NCBI RefSeq assembly: GCF_963921235.1
Contig: NC_086108.1
Coordinates: forward strand, 74,712,001 to 74,776,000
Direction of reading: 5' to 3'
Source of the DNA: Mobula hypostoma
Taxonomy: Eukaryota
Length of the DNA: 64,000 bases
Position numbers and translations under genes: made by a program. Positions 12,389 through 24,929 of this stretch are shown in pieces (positions within the stretch are counted from its first letter, which is position 1; each line of letters opens with the position of its first letter). The notes beneath the pieces were generated by a model, which ran no database searches, had not been told where the DNA came from, and was given only the letters and a program-made list of their open reading frames with translations.

Positions 12389-12664
12389 TGTTGTGTATTT
12401 AACATTTCAGTAATATTTGAGTAATTTTGGATGTGTCTCTCTCTCTCTATCTCTATATATATATATCTCTCCCGCTTGAGTAAGCAGTCTTGACCATTTA
12501 AATAATTAATTATGGGTTATATGTATAACTACGTAAATTACATACGTCTTGACACTATGTGGTACATACACACCTCGCTTAAAGAACACACAAAGACTTG
12601 CATTTCACAGCTCCCTTGTTTTCCTTCCAATCAGTTTAATGTTTTGAAGTTACTCAACACAACA
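12389..12664. mobile_element. Solo LTR
   Basis: Termini TGTTGTGT...ACACAACA (perfect 8-bp inverted), flanked by the 5-bp TSD TAAAT at 12384-12388 and 12665-12669. Confidence 0.8.
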
Positions 12665-14150
12665 TAAATGTGCCAAAGGAATCTCCTGTTAGTTTTAGGT
12701 TGAATTTGTTTCTGGTTAACATACGACAGATTTTAGATGGGTGCTTGTATGGACTATTGATAAACACTGAATAGATTTTAAATACGGAATGGTTTTAAAC
12801 ATGAAATGGGCGAATTGGCAGGGCGAATTGGCAGCACCAAATGGCAGATCAAAAATGATCTCCAGTGTATGGTAAATACTCCAGCAGGCAAAGAATTAAC
12901 CTCTGAAATTCTGTCTGTAAGTCTCCCCAATTCTCTATTTACTCTGGTTAAACTTTGGTTTATCATCCCTAATACCTCCATAAATGGCTTGGCACCAATG
13001 TTTGTTTGATGTCCCTATAGTGAAGTGTTCTGTGGCATTTTTGAACAGCAAATTGGTATATAAAAACAAACCGTTGCTTGGATATCTTACTTTAGCAGAT
13101 TTCTTAAGGTTTAATCACTTTTACCTATTCCAGGTTATGATATACTGGAAACTTTGCCCAGTCCAGCTCTCACTGGCTCCCAAGTATGCCACATAAATCA
13201 CTAATGGGGTGTTATCCTGCTACACCATTCATTGCTTGAGGATTTGGGATAAGATTTTTTCAGCAATTTTTCTTCAGAAAATTAATCATCTGGTGACATT
13301 AGAACATAAGAAAGTTTTTGACAAGAAATGGCCATTCAGCCCAACAAAGCTTGCCAAATTCCTATACACACACTGTGTTGAAGTAACTGGTGAGAACAGA
13401 TTTGAAGGTCTCTAAGGTACTACTCTCAACTACACAACTAGGTACTCTGTTCCATATGTCTATAACTCACTGTGAAAAGAAATGCTTCCTGATGTTAGCC
13501 TGAAATCTCCCTTTAACCAGTCTCTACCTGTGGCCCTGTGTCCTTGATGATGGATTAATTTTGAAGTAGCTGCTGGCATCCACCTTACTTGTATCCTTAA
13601 TGATTTTGACTTCTATCATGCCTCCTCACATTCTACGTCTACTTAGGCTAAAAAGATTTAATTCTTTCAACCTTTCTTCGTGGCTCATATGCTGCAGACC
13701 TCGAATGAGTCTAGTTGCCCTTCTCTGGACTGTCTCCAGTGCTTTTCACATCCCTCATGCAATGTGAAGACCAAAATTGTACACAGTTTTAAAGTGCATT
13801 ATACTGTTTAAGGAGAACGTCTCTCAACTTGAACTCCACTGAGGGCATTATATAACCCAAGATTCTATTAGCCTTCCTAATTGCTTCTGTGCATTGTCTA
13901 GATGTTGATAGTGATTAGTCTACCAGAAAGCCCAAATCCTTCTCATACAGTGCATTTTCTAACTCATGGCCCACCTTTCTATATCTATATCCAATATTTC
14001 CACTTCCTATATGTAATACTTTACATTTAGTTACATTAAATTTCATCTGCCATTTATCTGCCAGCATCTGGATTTTGTTTAGATCTAGCAACATACATCA
14101 AAGTTGCTGGTGGACGCAGCAGGCCAAGCAGCATCTATAGGAAGAGGCGC

Positions 14151-14186
14151 AGTCGACGTTTCAGGCCGAGACCCTTCGTCAGGACT
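14151..14186 (-). ncRNA. Minimal type I hammerhead ribozyme in the Penelope pLTR
   Basis: The minus strand reads AGUC-CUGACGA-AGG(GUCUCGG)CCU-GAA-ACGU-C^GACU. It has the core boxes CUGANGA and GAAA, stem I AGUC/GACU, stem II AGG/CCU, palindromic stem III ACGU and a GUC cleavage triplet. Confidence 0.8.
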
Positions 14187-14479
14187 AACTGAAGGAAGAG
14201 TGAGTAAGGGATTTGAAAGCTGGAGGGGGAGGGGGAGATGCAAAATGATAGGAGAAGACAGGAGGGGGAGGGATAGAGCCGAGAGCTGGACAGGTGATAG
14301 GCAAAAGGGGATACGAGAGGATCATGGGACAGGAGGCCTAGGGAGAAAGACAGGGGGGGAGTGACCCAGAGGATGGGCAAGAGGTATATTCAGAGGGACA
14401 GAGGGAGAAAAAGGAGAGTGAGAGAAAGAATGTGTGCATAAAAAGGAATAACAGCTGGGGTACGAGGGGGAGGTGGGGC

Positions 14480-15565
14480 CTAGCGGAAGTTAGAGAAGTC
14501 AATGTTCATGCCATCAGGTTGGAGGCTACCCAGACGGAATATAAGGTGTTGTTCCTCCAACCTGAGTGTGGCTTCATCTTTACAGTAGAGGAGGCCGTGG
14601 ATAGACATGTCAGAATGGGAATGGGATGTGGAATTAAAATGTGTGGCCACTGGGAGATCCTGCTTTCTCTGGCGGACAGAGCGTAGATGTTCAGCAAAGC
14701 GGTCTCCCAGTCTGCGTCGGGTCTCACCAATATATAAAAGGCCACATCGGGAGCATCGGACGCAGTATATCACCCCAGTCGACTCACAGGTGAAGTGATG
14801 CCTCACCTGGAAGGACTGTTTGGGGCCCTGAATGGTGGTAAGGGAGGAAGTGTAAGGGCATGTGTAGCACTTGTTCCGCTTACACGGATAAGTGCCAGGA
14901 GGGAGATCAGTGGGGAGGGATGGGGGGGACGAATGGACAAGGGAGTTGTGTAGGGAGCGATCCCTGCGGAATGCAGAGAGAGGAGGGGAGGGAAAGATGT
15001 GCTTAGTGGTGGGATCCCGTTGGAGGTGGCGGAAGTTACGGAGAATAATATGTTGGACCCGGAGGCTGGTGGGGTGGTAGGTGAGGACCAGGGGAACCCT
15101 ATTCCTAGTGGGGTGGTGGGAGGATGGAGTGAGAGCAGATGTACGTGAAATGGAGGAGATGCGTTTAAGAGCAGAGTTGATAGTGGAGGAAGGGAAGCCC
15201 CTTTCTTTAAAAAATGAAGACATCTCCCTCGTCCTAGAATGAAAAGCCTCATCCTGAGAGCAGATGCGGCGGAGACGGAGGAATTGCGAGAAGGGGATGG
15301 TGTTTTTGCAAGAGACAGGGTGAGAAGAGGAATAGTCCAGATAGCTGTGAGAGTCAGTAGGCTTATAGTAGATATCAGTGGATAAGCTGTCTCCAGAGAC
15401 AGAGACAGAAAGATCTAGAAAGGGGAGGGAGGTGTCGGAAATAGACCAGGTAAACTTGAGGGCAGGGTGAAAGTTGGAGGCAAAGTTAATAAAGTCAACG
15501 AGTTCTGCATGCGTGCAGGAAGCAGCGCCAATGCAGTCGTCGATATAGCGAAGGAAAAGTGGGGG
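14480..15565 (-). CDS. Penelope RT C-terminal half, Cys-rich linker and GIY-YIG endonuclease (5'-truncated, uninterrupted 361 codons)
   Basis: Manual translation upstream of the 247-aa ORF continues open: PPLFLRYIDDCIG...LPFLDL...YKPTDSHSYLDYSSSHP...RLRRICS, then CKRNKCYTC, GVIYCVRCSRCGLLYIGETRRRLGDRFAEH...LQPDGMN. Confidence 0.9.
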   Translation of the reverse strand, partial: PPLFLRYIDDCIGAASCTHAELVDFINFASNFHPALKFTWSISDTSLPFLDLSVSVSGDSLSTDIYYKPTDSHSYLDYSSSHPVSCKNTIPFSQFLRLRRICSQDEAFHSRTREMSSFFKERGFPSSTINSALKRISSISRTSALTPSSHHPTRNRVPLVLTYHPTSLRVQHIILRNFRHLQRDPTTKHIFPSPPLSAFRRDRSLHNSLVHSSPPSLPTDLPPGTYPCKRNKCYTCPYTSSLTTIQGPKQSFQVRHHFTCESTGVIYCVRCSRCGLLYIGETRRRLGDRFAEHLRSVRQRKQDLPVATHFNSTSHSHSDMSIHGLLYCKDEATLRLEEQHLIFRLGSLQPDGMNIDFSNFR

Positions 15566-15928
15566 ACCTGCCTGCTGCGTTCACCAGCAACTTTGATGTA
15601 TGTTGCTTGAATTTCCAGCATCTGCAGAATTCCTGTTGTTTTTGTTTAGATCTAGCCGTGTTTGATTCTGCTGCCTAAGTGTTATCAGCCTGTTCCCCCT
15701 AATTTTGTGTCATTGGCGAACTTTATTTGTTATGTGCTTATCCAAATAATTAATGTAAATTATAAACAGTAGTGGCCCCAAACCCAATCTCCGCAGAACC
15801 CCAATTTTAACATCTTCTAGGTGTGAAAATGATCCTTTCACCATAGCTTATTGTTTTCTGTTTTTGAGCAAATTTTACACCCATTTGGACACCTCATTCT
15901 GAATCTTTATCTCCTGCAATTAACCTCT

Positions 15929-16810
15929 CCATAAGACCATAAGACAAAGGAGCAGAAGTTGGCCATTTGGCCCATCGAGTCTGCTCCGCCATTTTATCAT
16001 GAGCTGATCCATTCTCCCATTTAGTCCCACTCCCCCGCCTTCTCACCACAACCTTTGATGCCCTGGCTACTCAGATACCTATCAATCTCTGCCTTAAATG
16101 CACCCAATGACTTGGCCTCCACTGCTGCCCGTGGCAACAAATTCCATAGATTCACCATCCTCTGGCTAAAAAAATTTCTTTGCATCTCTGTTCTGATTGG
16201 GCGTCCTTCAATCCTTAAGTTATGCCCTCTCATACTAGACTACCCCATCATAGGAAACAACTTTGCCACATCCACTCTGTCCATGCCTTTCAACATTTGA
16301 AATATTTCTATGAGGTCCCCCCTCATTCTTCTAAACTCCAAGGAATACAGTCCAAGAGCGGACAAACGTTCCTCATATGCTAACCCTCTCATTCCCGGAA
16401 TCATTCTGGTGAATCTTCTCAGCACATTCTTTCTTAAATAAGAAGACCAAAACTGCCCACAGTACTCCAAGTGAGGTCTCACCAGCACCTTATAGAGCCT
16501 CAACATCACATCCATGCTCCTATACTCTATTCCTCTAGAAATGAATGCCAACATTGCATTTGCCTTCTTCACCACTGACTCAACCTGGAAGTTAACCTTA
16601 AGGGTAACCTGTACAAGGACTCCCAAGTCCTGTTGCATCTCAGAACTTTGAATTCTCTTCCCATTTAAATAATAGTCTGCCGTTTATTTCTTCTGCCAAC
16701 GTGCATAACCATACACTTTCCAACATTGTATTTCATTTGCCACTTCTTTGCCCATTCTTCCAATCTATCCAAGTCTCTCTGCAGATTCTCTGTTTCCTCA
16801 GCACTACGTG
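15929..16810 (-). mobile_element. CR1 LINE 3' 0.9 kb (younger subfamily)
   Basis: Tail (ccataaga)2 on +; minus-strand LQRDLDRLEEWAKKWQMKYN, LVRPHLEYCGQFWS, RGHNLRIEG...RNFFSQRMVNLWN. Confidence 0.9.
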
Positions 16811-17259
16811 GCATCCGCCAGGTAGTTACTCTCAAGTTACTCTCCTGGGGTAACTTGTTAAAAGCCTTCTGAAAGTCCAAGTAAACAATATCAACTGCTC
16901 TATTGTTATCATAAATTTTAGTTGCCTCTTCATAGAACTCCAGCATATTAGTAGTACATGATTTCCCCTTTCTGAACCCATGCAGGCTTTCTGCTGGCAT
17001 GCCTATTCTTATCAGCTGCTTTTCCATCTCATTCTTTGTTATGGTTTTGCACTATTGATTGATGATCTATACCCATGACCATGTTTGATGTGCTAATGAC
17101 AAAATCAGTCTGGTCTGCAAGCTTCCTTGAACTCAGTCACAATGATGCAAATAACTTGGTTAGTGTTGTCTGGTTTAAAGCTGGCCAATTAATATAAGCA
17201 CATTGATTAAATATGGGCACTACAAGACCTCACTGTTTACATGTTTACAACAAGAAACA

Positions 17260-17727
17260 TTACAAAGAAGGTACAGTAGCACCTCTATTTTCTTCTACTT
17301 TTGGCATACAGTTCATCTAAAACTCTGACAGACTTCTATAGATACAGAATAGAGAGCAGACTGACCGGTTGTACCACCAATACCCTTGAATGGAAAAGTG
17401 GACAAAATGTAGGCCAGTTTATCATGGATAAAGCCCTCCCCACCGCTGACCTCAACACTGAACTGATTCCACAACCTTTGGACTCACTTTCAATGACTCT
17501 TCAACTCATGTTCTCAATATTTGTCTGTCTATCTATCTATCTATCTATTTGTGTCTGTCTATTTATTTATTTATTGATTGATTGTGTTTGCACAATTTGT
17601 TGTCTCTTGCATTTTGGTTGTTTGTCCATCTTTGTTGTGTGCAGTTTTTCATTGATTCTTTTGTGTTTCATTATACTTACTGTGAATACCCACAAAAAAT
17701 GATAAGACATTTACTTTGAACTTTGAG
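17260..17727 (+). mobile_element. Rex1/Babar LINE 3' fragment
   Basis: TLTDFYRYRIESRLTGC motif and a tttactttgaactttga tail. Confidence 0.7.
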
Positions 17728-17949
17728 GAGCTGAGCAAAGAATATTAGCTAGAAGTTTAACTTCATCAGAAACAACTGCGACCCTTTGGAAAGGTCGTGC
17801 AGCTGTGCTAGAAACTAGATTAGCAATAAGCCTCCTGGGCCCTAAACGGTGAATATCCATCACATGCCTATATCAGGTGGAATGCCCACATCAATCTTTG
17901 CAGCCATGCAGCTTTCAGTACAATGCTGTTTCCTCCGCTGCAGCAGTTG

Positions 17950-18325
17950 TGCCAGGTGCAATGAGCTGCAGGCTTTGACTGGGACACAGTTAGTGGACAC
18001 TACCCACCCAGCAAGCTGCCTTTTCCAAAGAACTCCCTTCTGGAAAGCCTTAAAGACTATGAAAACAAAAAAAAACTTCACACTTAAAAGTTTCTTCCCC
18101 CAGCACTTAATCTGATCAACCATTATATTAGCCTCCCACCCCCTCTCTATCTATTACCTCAATCACTGCACTGCTCTGTAAACACTTTAAACCACTTTTT
18201 ATAATGCTACTTTATTTATTCTTCACAATTGTTGAATGTTGTTTTTGTTGCACATTGCACCAACGCGCACAGCAAATTCTTAATAAATGTAAATGTACAT
18301 GGTGAATAATGTGATCCTTGGTTCT
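17950..18325 (+). mobile_element. Rex1/Babar-group LINE 3' fragment
   Basis: DTTHPASCLF...PSG...KSFFP-like C-terminus and a 3' UTR ending gatccttggttcttga. Confidence 0.55.
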
Positions 18326-18759
18326 TGATAAGAACTTAGCCCTTCATTTTACTGATGGCCAATTGACAGTAGAAGGGAATTTTACTATTTCCAAATGTAA
18401 AATTTGAAAATCCTTTATTTGAAAGCATGTGATACTGCCATTAATGAATTCAAAATAAGCATAAACAGAGACATTTTGAAAGTAAACAAAATTGACTTGA
18501 TTGCCTTTTAAATGAAAGGCAATGGCCCACTCATATGGCTGGAGCCATGCTCAACGCAGAATGACAGGCTGAAGGCCAGATAGGAAGTGTACCTGGCTGC
18601 TTGGTTCCCCAAGTTATGGAATGCCCTTGGAGTCAATAGTGAGTTCAGGTTCAGAGCAAGAAGTCAGAGGCACACATTTTGGTCTTCTGATGTATAGTTC
18701 CTGGTTGTCAGCATCTCTGAGGATCGGTCCTGGGTCCGACTCATTCAAGTAATCGCAAA

Positions 18760-19265
18760 GAAGGCAGGCCAGTGGCACTGCTTCTTTAAGAGTTTGAGGA
18801 GCTTTGATGTGTCACTTGCAAATTTCACTAGATGCAAGGTGGAGAGCATTCTGACTGGTTGCAGCACAGCCTGGTGTGGACGGTTCACTGGATGGGATTG
18901 CAGTGTTTGTATATTCAGTCTGCTCCATTATGGCACAGCCCTCCCCACCACCAAGGACATCTTCAACAGGCAGTATCTCGAGAAGGTGGTAGCCATAGTT
19001 GAGGGCCCTTATTATCTGGGTTATGGTCTCTTCTTGTTACTAACATCAGGGAGGAGTTGTAGGAGCCTGAAAACCAACACTGGTTGATTCAGGGACAGTC
19101 TCTTCCCTTCTGTTATTGGGTTTCCCAATGGTCCATGATCTACTTTGTAATTTATTTATTTTGCAATTTGTGATCATTTTTATGTCATTGCAACTGTACT
19201 GTTGCCACAATGCAGCATTTTTCAAGTCATAAGATGGTGATGATAAACCTGATTCTCAATCTGAT
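18760..19265 (+). mobile_element. Rex1/Babar LINE 3' fragment
   Basis: VESILTGCSTAWCG...GYGLFLLLTSGRSCRSLKTNT; tail aaacctgattctcaatctgatt. Confidence 0.8.
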
Positions 19266-19944
19266 TCCAAGCCTCTGTTCCATGTGCTCTGCAGCTGGAC
19301 AATGTTTCTCGGCCAGCCAGCTGCCAGTGCGTTCAGGTCCGACAGTGAAACACTGAGCAAAAACAAATCATGCAATCGTTTCAATGTCATCAGCTTCAGT
19401 TTCACCTAAACGCAGGTTGTTGGAAGAACGAAAGATGAGGTATTTTTACCTTCACTCTTGTTCAATTTGAAGATGTATTATGTTTAAATCTACATGGAAA
19501 GTATATACAGTTCTCTCTCAAAACCCATGGGAAATGGGGTGCATGAAAATTGTTGAAAGAAACCATCGCTCTGTATCACACACTAGGATTCTATGCACAA
19601 ATCTTTAAATAAATTACAAAGCTATAGGTTATCTCCTTCCTGCTCTTTGAAAATAACAATGAGTTACATTGCAATTTTATACTTTAAGGCTAAGCCATAT
19701 TAATGTAAAATGCAGCAAAAATAAATCAGATGAATGAGTGTATTAACATCATAGGAAGTGGCAGCTCTTCAAGAGGACACTGGCAGTAATCAGTCTATGA
19801 CATCGCTACTGTTTTGCTTAAATGCAAATAAACAAAAATATTTTTTCACAAACAATTAAATTGATTAATATTCTTAGGAATCTTTGCTGCAAATTTTTAT
19901 GCTTAAATTCTGGATAAGCAAGAGTTTGCTGTAGTTATGTTACT

Positions 19945-20390
19945 GGAATTGCAATTGCTTTATTACTGTCACATGCACCGAGGCACAGTGAAAACTTGCC
20001 TTGCACACTGTTCATACAGATCAGTTCATTGCGCAGTGCATCGAGATAGTACAAGGTAAAACAACAATATATTGCAGAATAAAGTGTAACAGCTAAAGAA
20101 AGTGCAATGCAGTTCGACAATAAAATGCAAGATCAGAGGTAGAATGTGAGGTCACGAGTTCACCTTATTATACAAGAGAATCATTCAATAGTCGACAGCA
20201 ACAGGGGAGAAGCACTCCTTGAGCTCTGTCGTACATGATTCTGATGTTTTGTATCTTCTGCCCAGTGGGAGAGGGAAGGGGAGAGAACATCTGGGCTGGG
20301 TGGGGTCTTTGATTATGCTAGCTGCTTTACTATGGCAGTGAGAGTGTAGACAAAGTCCAAGGAGGGGAGGCTGGTTTCTCTGATGATAAA
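19945..20390 (-). mobile_element. Rex1/Babar LINE 3' fragment
   Basis: Minus-strand KAASIIKDPTQP...PLPLGRRYK. Confidence 0.75.
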
Positions 20391-20439
20391 TTATACTCAC
20401 TGTTTGCCACACTAGAGGTGCCTAGTGACGGCATTAATC

Positions 20440-20636
20440 TCACACCTCCTCCCACTCACTTACACACCAGGGGCAATTAACCTCTCAACCTTGGGATGTG
20501 GAGAAACCTGCAGCATCCGGGGAAACTGACACGGTCACAGGGAGAATGTGCAAACTCCACCCAGACACCTATCCCAAGGTGACGAATGAACTTTGGTTTC
20601 TGGAGCAATGGGGAACATGCACTACTGTGCCACCCT
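20440..20636 (-). mobile_element. V-SINE fragment
   Basis: Reverse V-domain ggaaactgacacggtcacagggagaatgtgcaaactccac. Confidence 0.7.
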
Positions 20637-22839
20637 GAGTTAGTCAGAATCAACATGGTTTATAAAAATGAAAAGAAGTTTAACAGATTTATTAAGGAGT
20701 ACATATATCGATACAGGGATACCAGTGGGTGTGGTACATACCGGAATATATCACAGTGTGTTGAATTACTTTTGAGTGGCTTCATGAATCTAGGATGAAT
20801 GTGAGTTAACCTCCCTATATTGAAAATTGCTCCAGTCCCACTCACTTATGACAAACATGTGCATTATTACTTCACTGTATAAATATCAGATCCTCCCAGT
20901 GTAAGAGGATATGACTAGGAAGAGTTGCTGCAATGAGTAATAGATGAGCAATGTAGAAAGTCAGAAGAAAGATGATAGCAGCATGTGTAAACAGCACTTA
21001 CTGTGTTTATTATAACAGCAAACAATGTAGCCTCTAGGTAAGGATATACAGCTTCACATTTTTACATCTGGGCATCATAGACTAATCAAATACCCTAGAG
21101 AAATGAAGGAGATTTTCTCTTCTCTAGAGGAAAGTAAGTTTTGAAACCAAAAAGGATATTCTGCTTTGTAACATTTTTGATTTTTTTAAGTACAGGATAA
21201 TGAATCCCCTCCATAAATTTTGTTTTCTATATATCTCTTTTTTTTTTCCTTTTGGACACTCCTTCAAACACACCCCTGAATTATGTTTTGGCTATCTGCT
21301 TTGGCAGCTCTTCATCTGATTTGGCATTGAATTTTATTTGATATCCCTTCTGGGAAGTAGCTTTTCATGTTTTATATTATTCAACAGATGCAAATTGTTC
21401 ATATGCAGCATAGTGATTCCATTGCATCATATACAGCAGAAATGATAAATAATCTATCATAGATTTGATTCATATCAAGGTTCAGATATCTAAATAGCTT
21501 TCATTAAAGGTGATCATGAAACTGTTGAATTGACTTTTTCAAACCTACTGAATTCATTAGTGTTGTATGGATGTACAGGAAATCTCTAGTCTCTTTGGCA
21601 TTACGTGACATCAGATCCACAGCAATGTACTTGACACTGTGATCTGCCTTTATTAAGCCACTCACTTGTACCTGTTCATGATGTATCTACAACACAACTA
21701 GCAGACCACCCAACTCTCACTTAAACCCTGCAAGTGCCTTCTCTCAAGTATCTATGGACCTGTGCCCAAACTGGGAGCTAAAGGCTGTTTACATCTGAGG
21801 TTTACTTATTTAGAGATACAGCACAGATTAGGCCCTTCAGGCCTTTTGAGCTGTGTTGCCCCAGCAACCAGGACAGCCCCAATTTAACCCTAACCCAAGT
21901 GTTTGGACTCGTAATCACAAAATCATAACCCAAATTTTTTACCTGATCCCTGGATAGTCTCTTTTATAGAAGAGGTGGGGTAGCATTATTTAGTCAGGAG
22001 GGAGGGAATCCTTCACACTGACACTGGATCTTATGAAATCTTATTGCTTCAGATGCTGGTACGGAAACCTTCGACCCACTCTTCTTCATGCTGATAATTT
22101 GCCATTCCTTGCCAAACAGTACTTGGAAGAAGAACGGAGAGGAGTAAGGAGACAGGGCATACTCCAGGTGAGGGACATCAAGGGTGACTTGGAACGAGTT
22201 GGCAAATCCTGCAAGACATACTGTAGCTGCAAGGCAACTGGGAAGAGGGGATAATTACTAATTCACACACTGTAAATATATCTGTGATCTGTCTATTCCC
22301 GTGGGAAAGCAATTCTAATAAGAATAAAAAAATGACATCTTTCTGAGACGATGGAAAATTGTCCAAGTATCTCCTGGACAGAATAGGCTGGACAAAACTA
22401 ACCCACTAATCACCATCTAAGCCGTCAATCCTCAAACAACAGGGAAGTGAGGCAAGGGTGTTATTAATTGGCAGCCATTAATAACCTGTTTTCTGATGTC
22501 CCAGACCTCCTCTCTTGCTTAGTATAAACATATGCCAAAGAGTGGGATCCCAGCACTGACTTAAGAATGACTGTACTTGACATCAGTTGTCCAAATGTGG
22601 TATTAATTAGCCTTGGCAAAACCAAGAATCAAAAGCAAAACATTATATTGGTTGGAGTCATTAGTGCTAAGGAAGATGATTATAGTTGTTAGAGGTCTGT
22701 CAGCTGGAAAGTGAAGGAAAGGTGTTATTAAGTAGTAACCATTAATAATCTGTTCTCTGATGCCCAGTTTGCGTTTCACCAGGGCTACTTGACTCAGTGA
22801 ATGAAAGGCACTTCAAAAAACTTAAAAGAAATATTATTT

Positions 22840-23580
22840 ATTATTATTGGTTTATTCTTGTCACATGTACCAACATACAGCGAAAAGCTTGCCTTGCATG
22901 CTGCTCATGCAAATCAGATCATTATACTCTTCATTGAAGTAGTACAAGGTTAAAAAAAACTATGCAAAATACATTATAAAAGCAGCAGAGAATGTGCAGT
23001 GCAGGTAAACAATGAAGTGTTTGATCATAGCAAGATAGGTTGTGAGGCCAAGAGTCCAGCTTATCATGCAAAGGTTTGTTCAGGAGTTTGATATAAGTAG
23101 GATGGAAGCTGGCCTTCAGCCTGGTGGTACGTGCTTTGAGGCTTTTGTTTCTTCTGCCCAATGGGATAGAGGAGAAGAAAGCATATCCAGGATTGGTGAG
23201 GTAGCAAGAAGTATAGATAGAGTCCACAGAGGGGAGGCTGGTTTCTGTGATGTGCTGAGCAGTGTCCACAACTCGCTGAAGTTTCTTATGATCACGTGCA
23301 GAGGAGTTGCCATACCAAGCTGTCATGCAGCCAAATAGAGTGCTTTCTGTGGTGCATAAATAAAAAAATTAGCAAGGGCTAACAGCGACTTTCCAAATTT
23401 CTTGAGCTTCCTAAGGAAATGGAGATATTAGTGAGTTTTCTTGGCCATGACATCAATGTGGTTGGACCAGGCCAGAGTGTTGGTGATGTCCACTCCTATG
23501 AACTCGGATTTCTCAGTCCTATGAACTTTAGCACTGCTGACGTAGATAAGAGCATGTGCACCATCCATTTCCTAAAACCA
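22840..23580 (-). mobile_element. Rex1/Babar LINE 3' fragment
   Basis: ORF 22931-23326 TAWYGNSSARDHKKLQRVVDTAQHIT...LGRRNKSLKARTTRLKASF. Confidence 0.85.
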
Positions 23581-23934
23581 ATACCCAAATAAAATCTCTC
23601 TTTTATGGAGCAAATTGACTCATGGAGTATGGTGGAGCCAATGGGTATCAAAGATTTAACAGAAAGGACAAAAAGGAATAGAAGAAAGTTGATGTTGGCT
23701 TTATTTATTTTATCACCAAAACTAGAAGATAATTGGATTTTTGCTGAAGAAAATATTATAGAATCACAGAAAGGTTACATCATGGAAACCTCTAAATTAG
23801 TATAGTACCTTGAATAAGATTTTTATCAAGACTATATTCCCTTTAAACATGCAAGAATTATGAAAGTAGATGTGGCATTGTAAAAGGCAGAATTTAGTCT
23901 GAAAACTCCCATTCTCAAAAGCTTGTGGTCTTGT

Positions 23935-24800
23935 TTTAGAAAATGGAGTTTCCCCTCCACTACAGCCATCACCTGCATCTTCCCCATTTCCTGCACGTCT
24001 GCCTTCACCCCATCCTGCCACAACATAACAGGAGTACAGTTCTCTTTGTCCTCACTTACCACTCAACAAGCCTCTGTATAAACACATTATTCTCTGCAAC
24101 TTCGACCATCGCCATGGGATCCCACCAACAGGCACATCCCCTCCTCTACCCCTCTGCTTTCTGCAGAGATCACTCTCTCTGCAACTCTCTTGTCTGTTCA
24201 TCCTTCCCCACTCATCTCCCTTCAGGCACTTACCCCTGCAACCATGCCAAGTATTACACCTGCCCCTGAAACTCCTACCTCATCACTATTCAGGGCCCTG
24301 AACAGTCCTTCCAGGTGAAGCAGCACTTCATATGTGAATCCAGTGGGTTCCTTTATTGCATCTGGTGCTTCTGGTGTGGCCTCTACAATGGTGAGACCCA
24401 GTGCAGATTGGAGATTGATTTGTTGAGCACCTTTGATCCATCCACCGTAACAGCCAAGATCTCCCACTGACATGTTTATCCACAGCCTGCTTCACTGCCA
24501 TGTTGAGGCCAGACACGGACTGAAGGAATGATACTTCATATACCACCTTAATAATCTCCAACATGACAATCTCAACATCGCTTTCACTAACTTTCAGTAA
24601 CCAATCCCCTGTGTTTCTTCTTTTTGTTTTCCCTGATCCTTCTGGCTTCTTCACCTCTTCTCTTTCCCCTCCCCCACCCCCATGAGACCGGCTCACACAT
24701 TCCTCCCTCCTCCCCTTCTCCATGGTTCACTGTCCCCTTCAATAAGATTGCTCCTTCTTCAATCCCTTGCCTCTTCCACCTATCACATCCCAGCTTCTCA
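23935..24800 (+). mobile_element. Degraded Penelope-like element (GIY-YIG region)
   Basis: Frameshifted homolog of 14480-15223 (VLFVLTYHSTSL, SAFCRDHSLCNSLV, GTYPCNHAKYYTCP, IQGPEQSFQV). Confidence 0.85.
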
Positions 24801-24929
24801 CATCAGTCCTATTTCACTTACAGTATTCCAAAATGGTTCAATCTTTGCAACTAGGGACAACTAAATATATACTATGATGGCAAGCATTTAATATTAATCT
24901 GGATAGCTGTTTTAACTGACTAGAAACCA

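Larger units (their letters stand above)
14090..15639 (-). mobile_element. Penelope-like element (Neptune-type), 5'-truncated, with inverted pseudo-LTR
   Basis: 17-bp TSD TTTTGTTTAGATCTAGC at 14073-14089 and 15640-15656. Inverted ends gcaacatacatcaaagttgctggtggacgcagcaggc and gcctgctgcgttcaccagcaactttgatgtatgttgc. RT plus GIY-YIG frame inside. Confidence 0.92.
13300..17030 (-). mobile_element. CR1 LINE interrupted by a Penelope element and a second CR1
   Basis: 3' tail at about 13300 (agaacataagaaag); RT motifs HGFRKGKSC...VDIVYLDFQKAFNK at 16850-16990 and QGVQMGVKFAQ/FANDTKL-like text at 15660-15930. Confidence 0.8.

Noticed and set aside
14061..14070. CCAGCATCTG just left of the Penelope TSD is identical to element bases 15615-15624
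   Set aside because: It lies outside the TSD, where it could not serve as the priming strand, and it resembles native host CR1 sequence. Likely coincidence.
14104..15252. Several 60-150 aa ORFs overlapping the Penelope element
   Set aside because: Shadow and antisense frames of the real RT/GIY-YIG frame and the purine-rich UTR.
19416..19439. Potential 24-nt micro-exon (cgcag|...|gtattt)
   Set aside because: Weak donor, no gene context downstream of the PLPP3 stop and no recognisable peptide.
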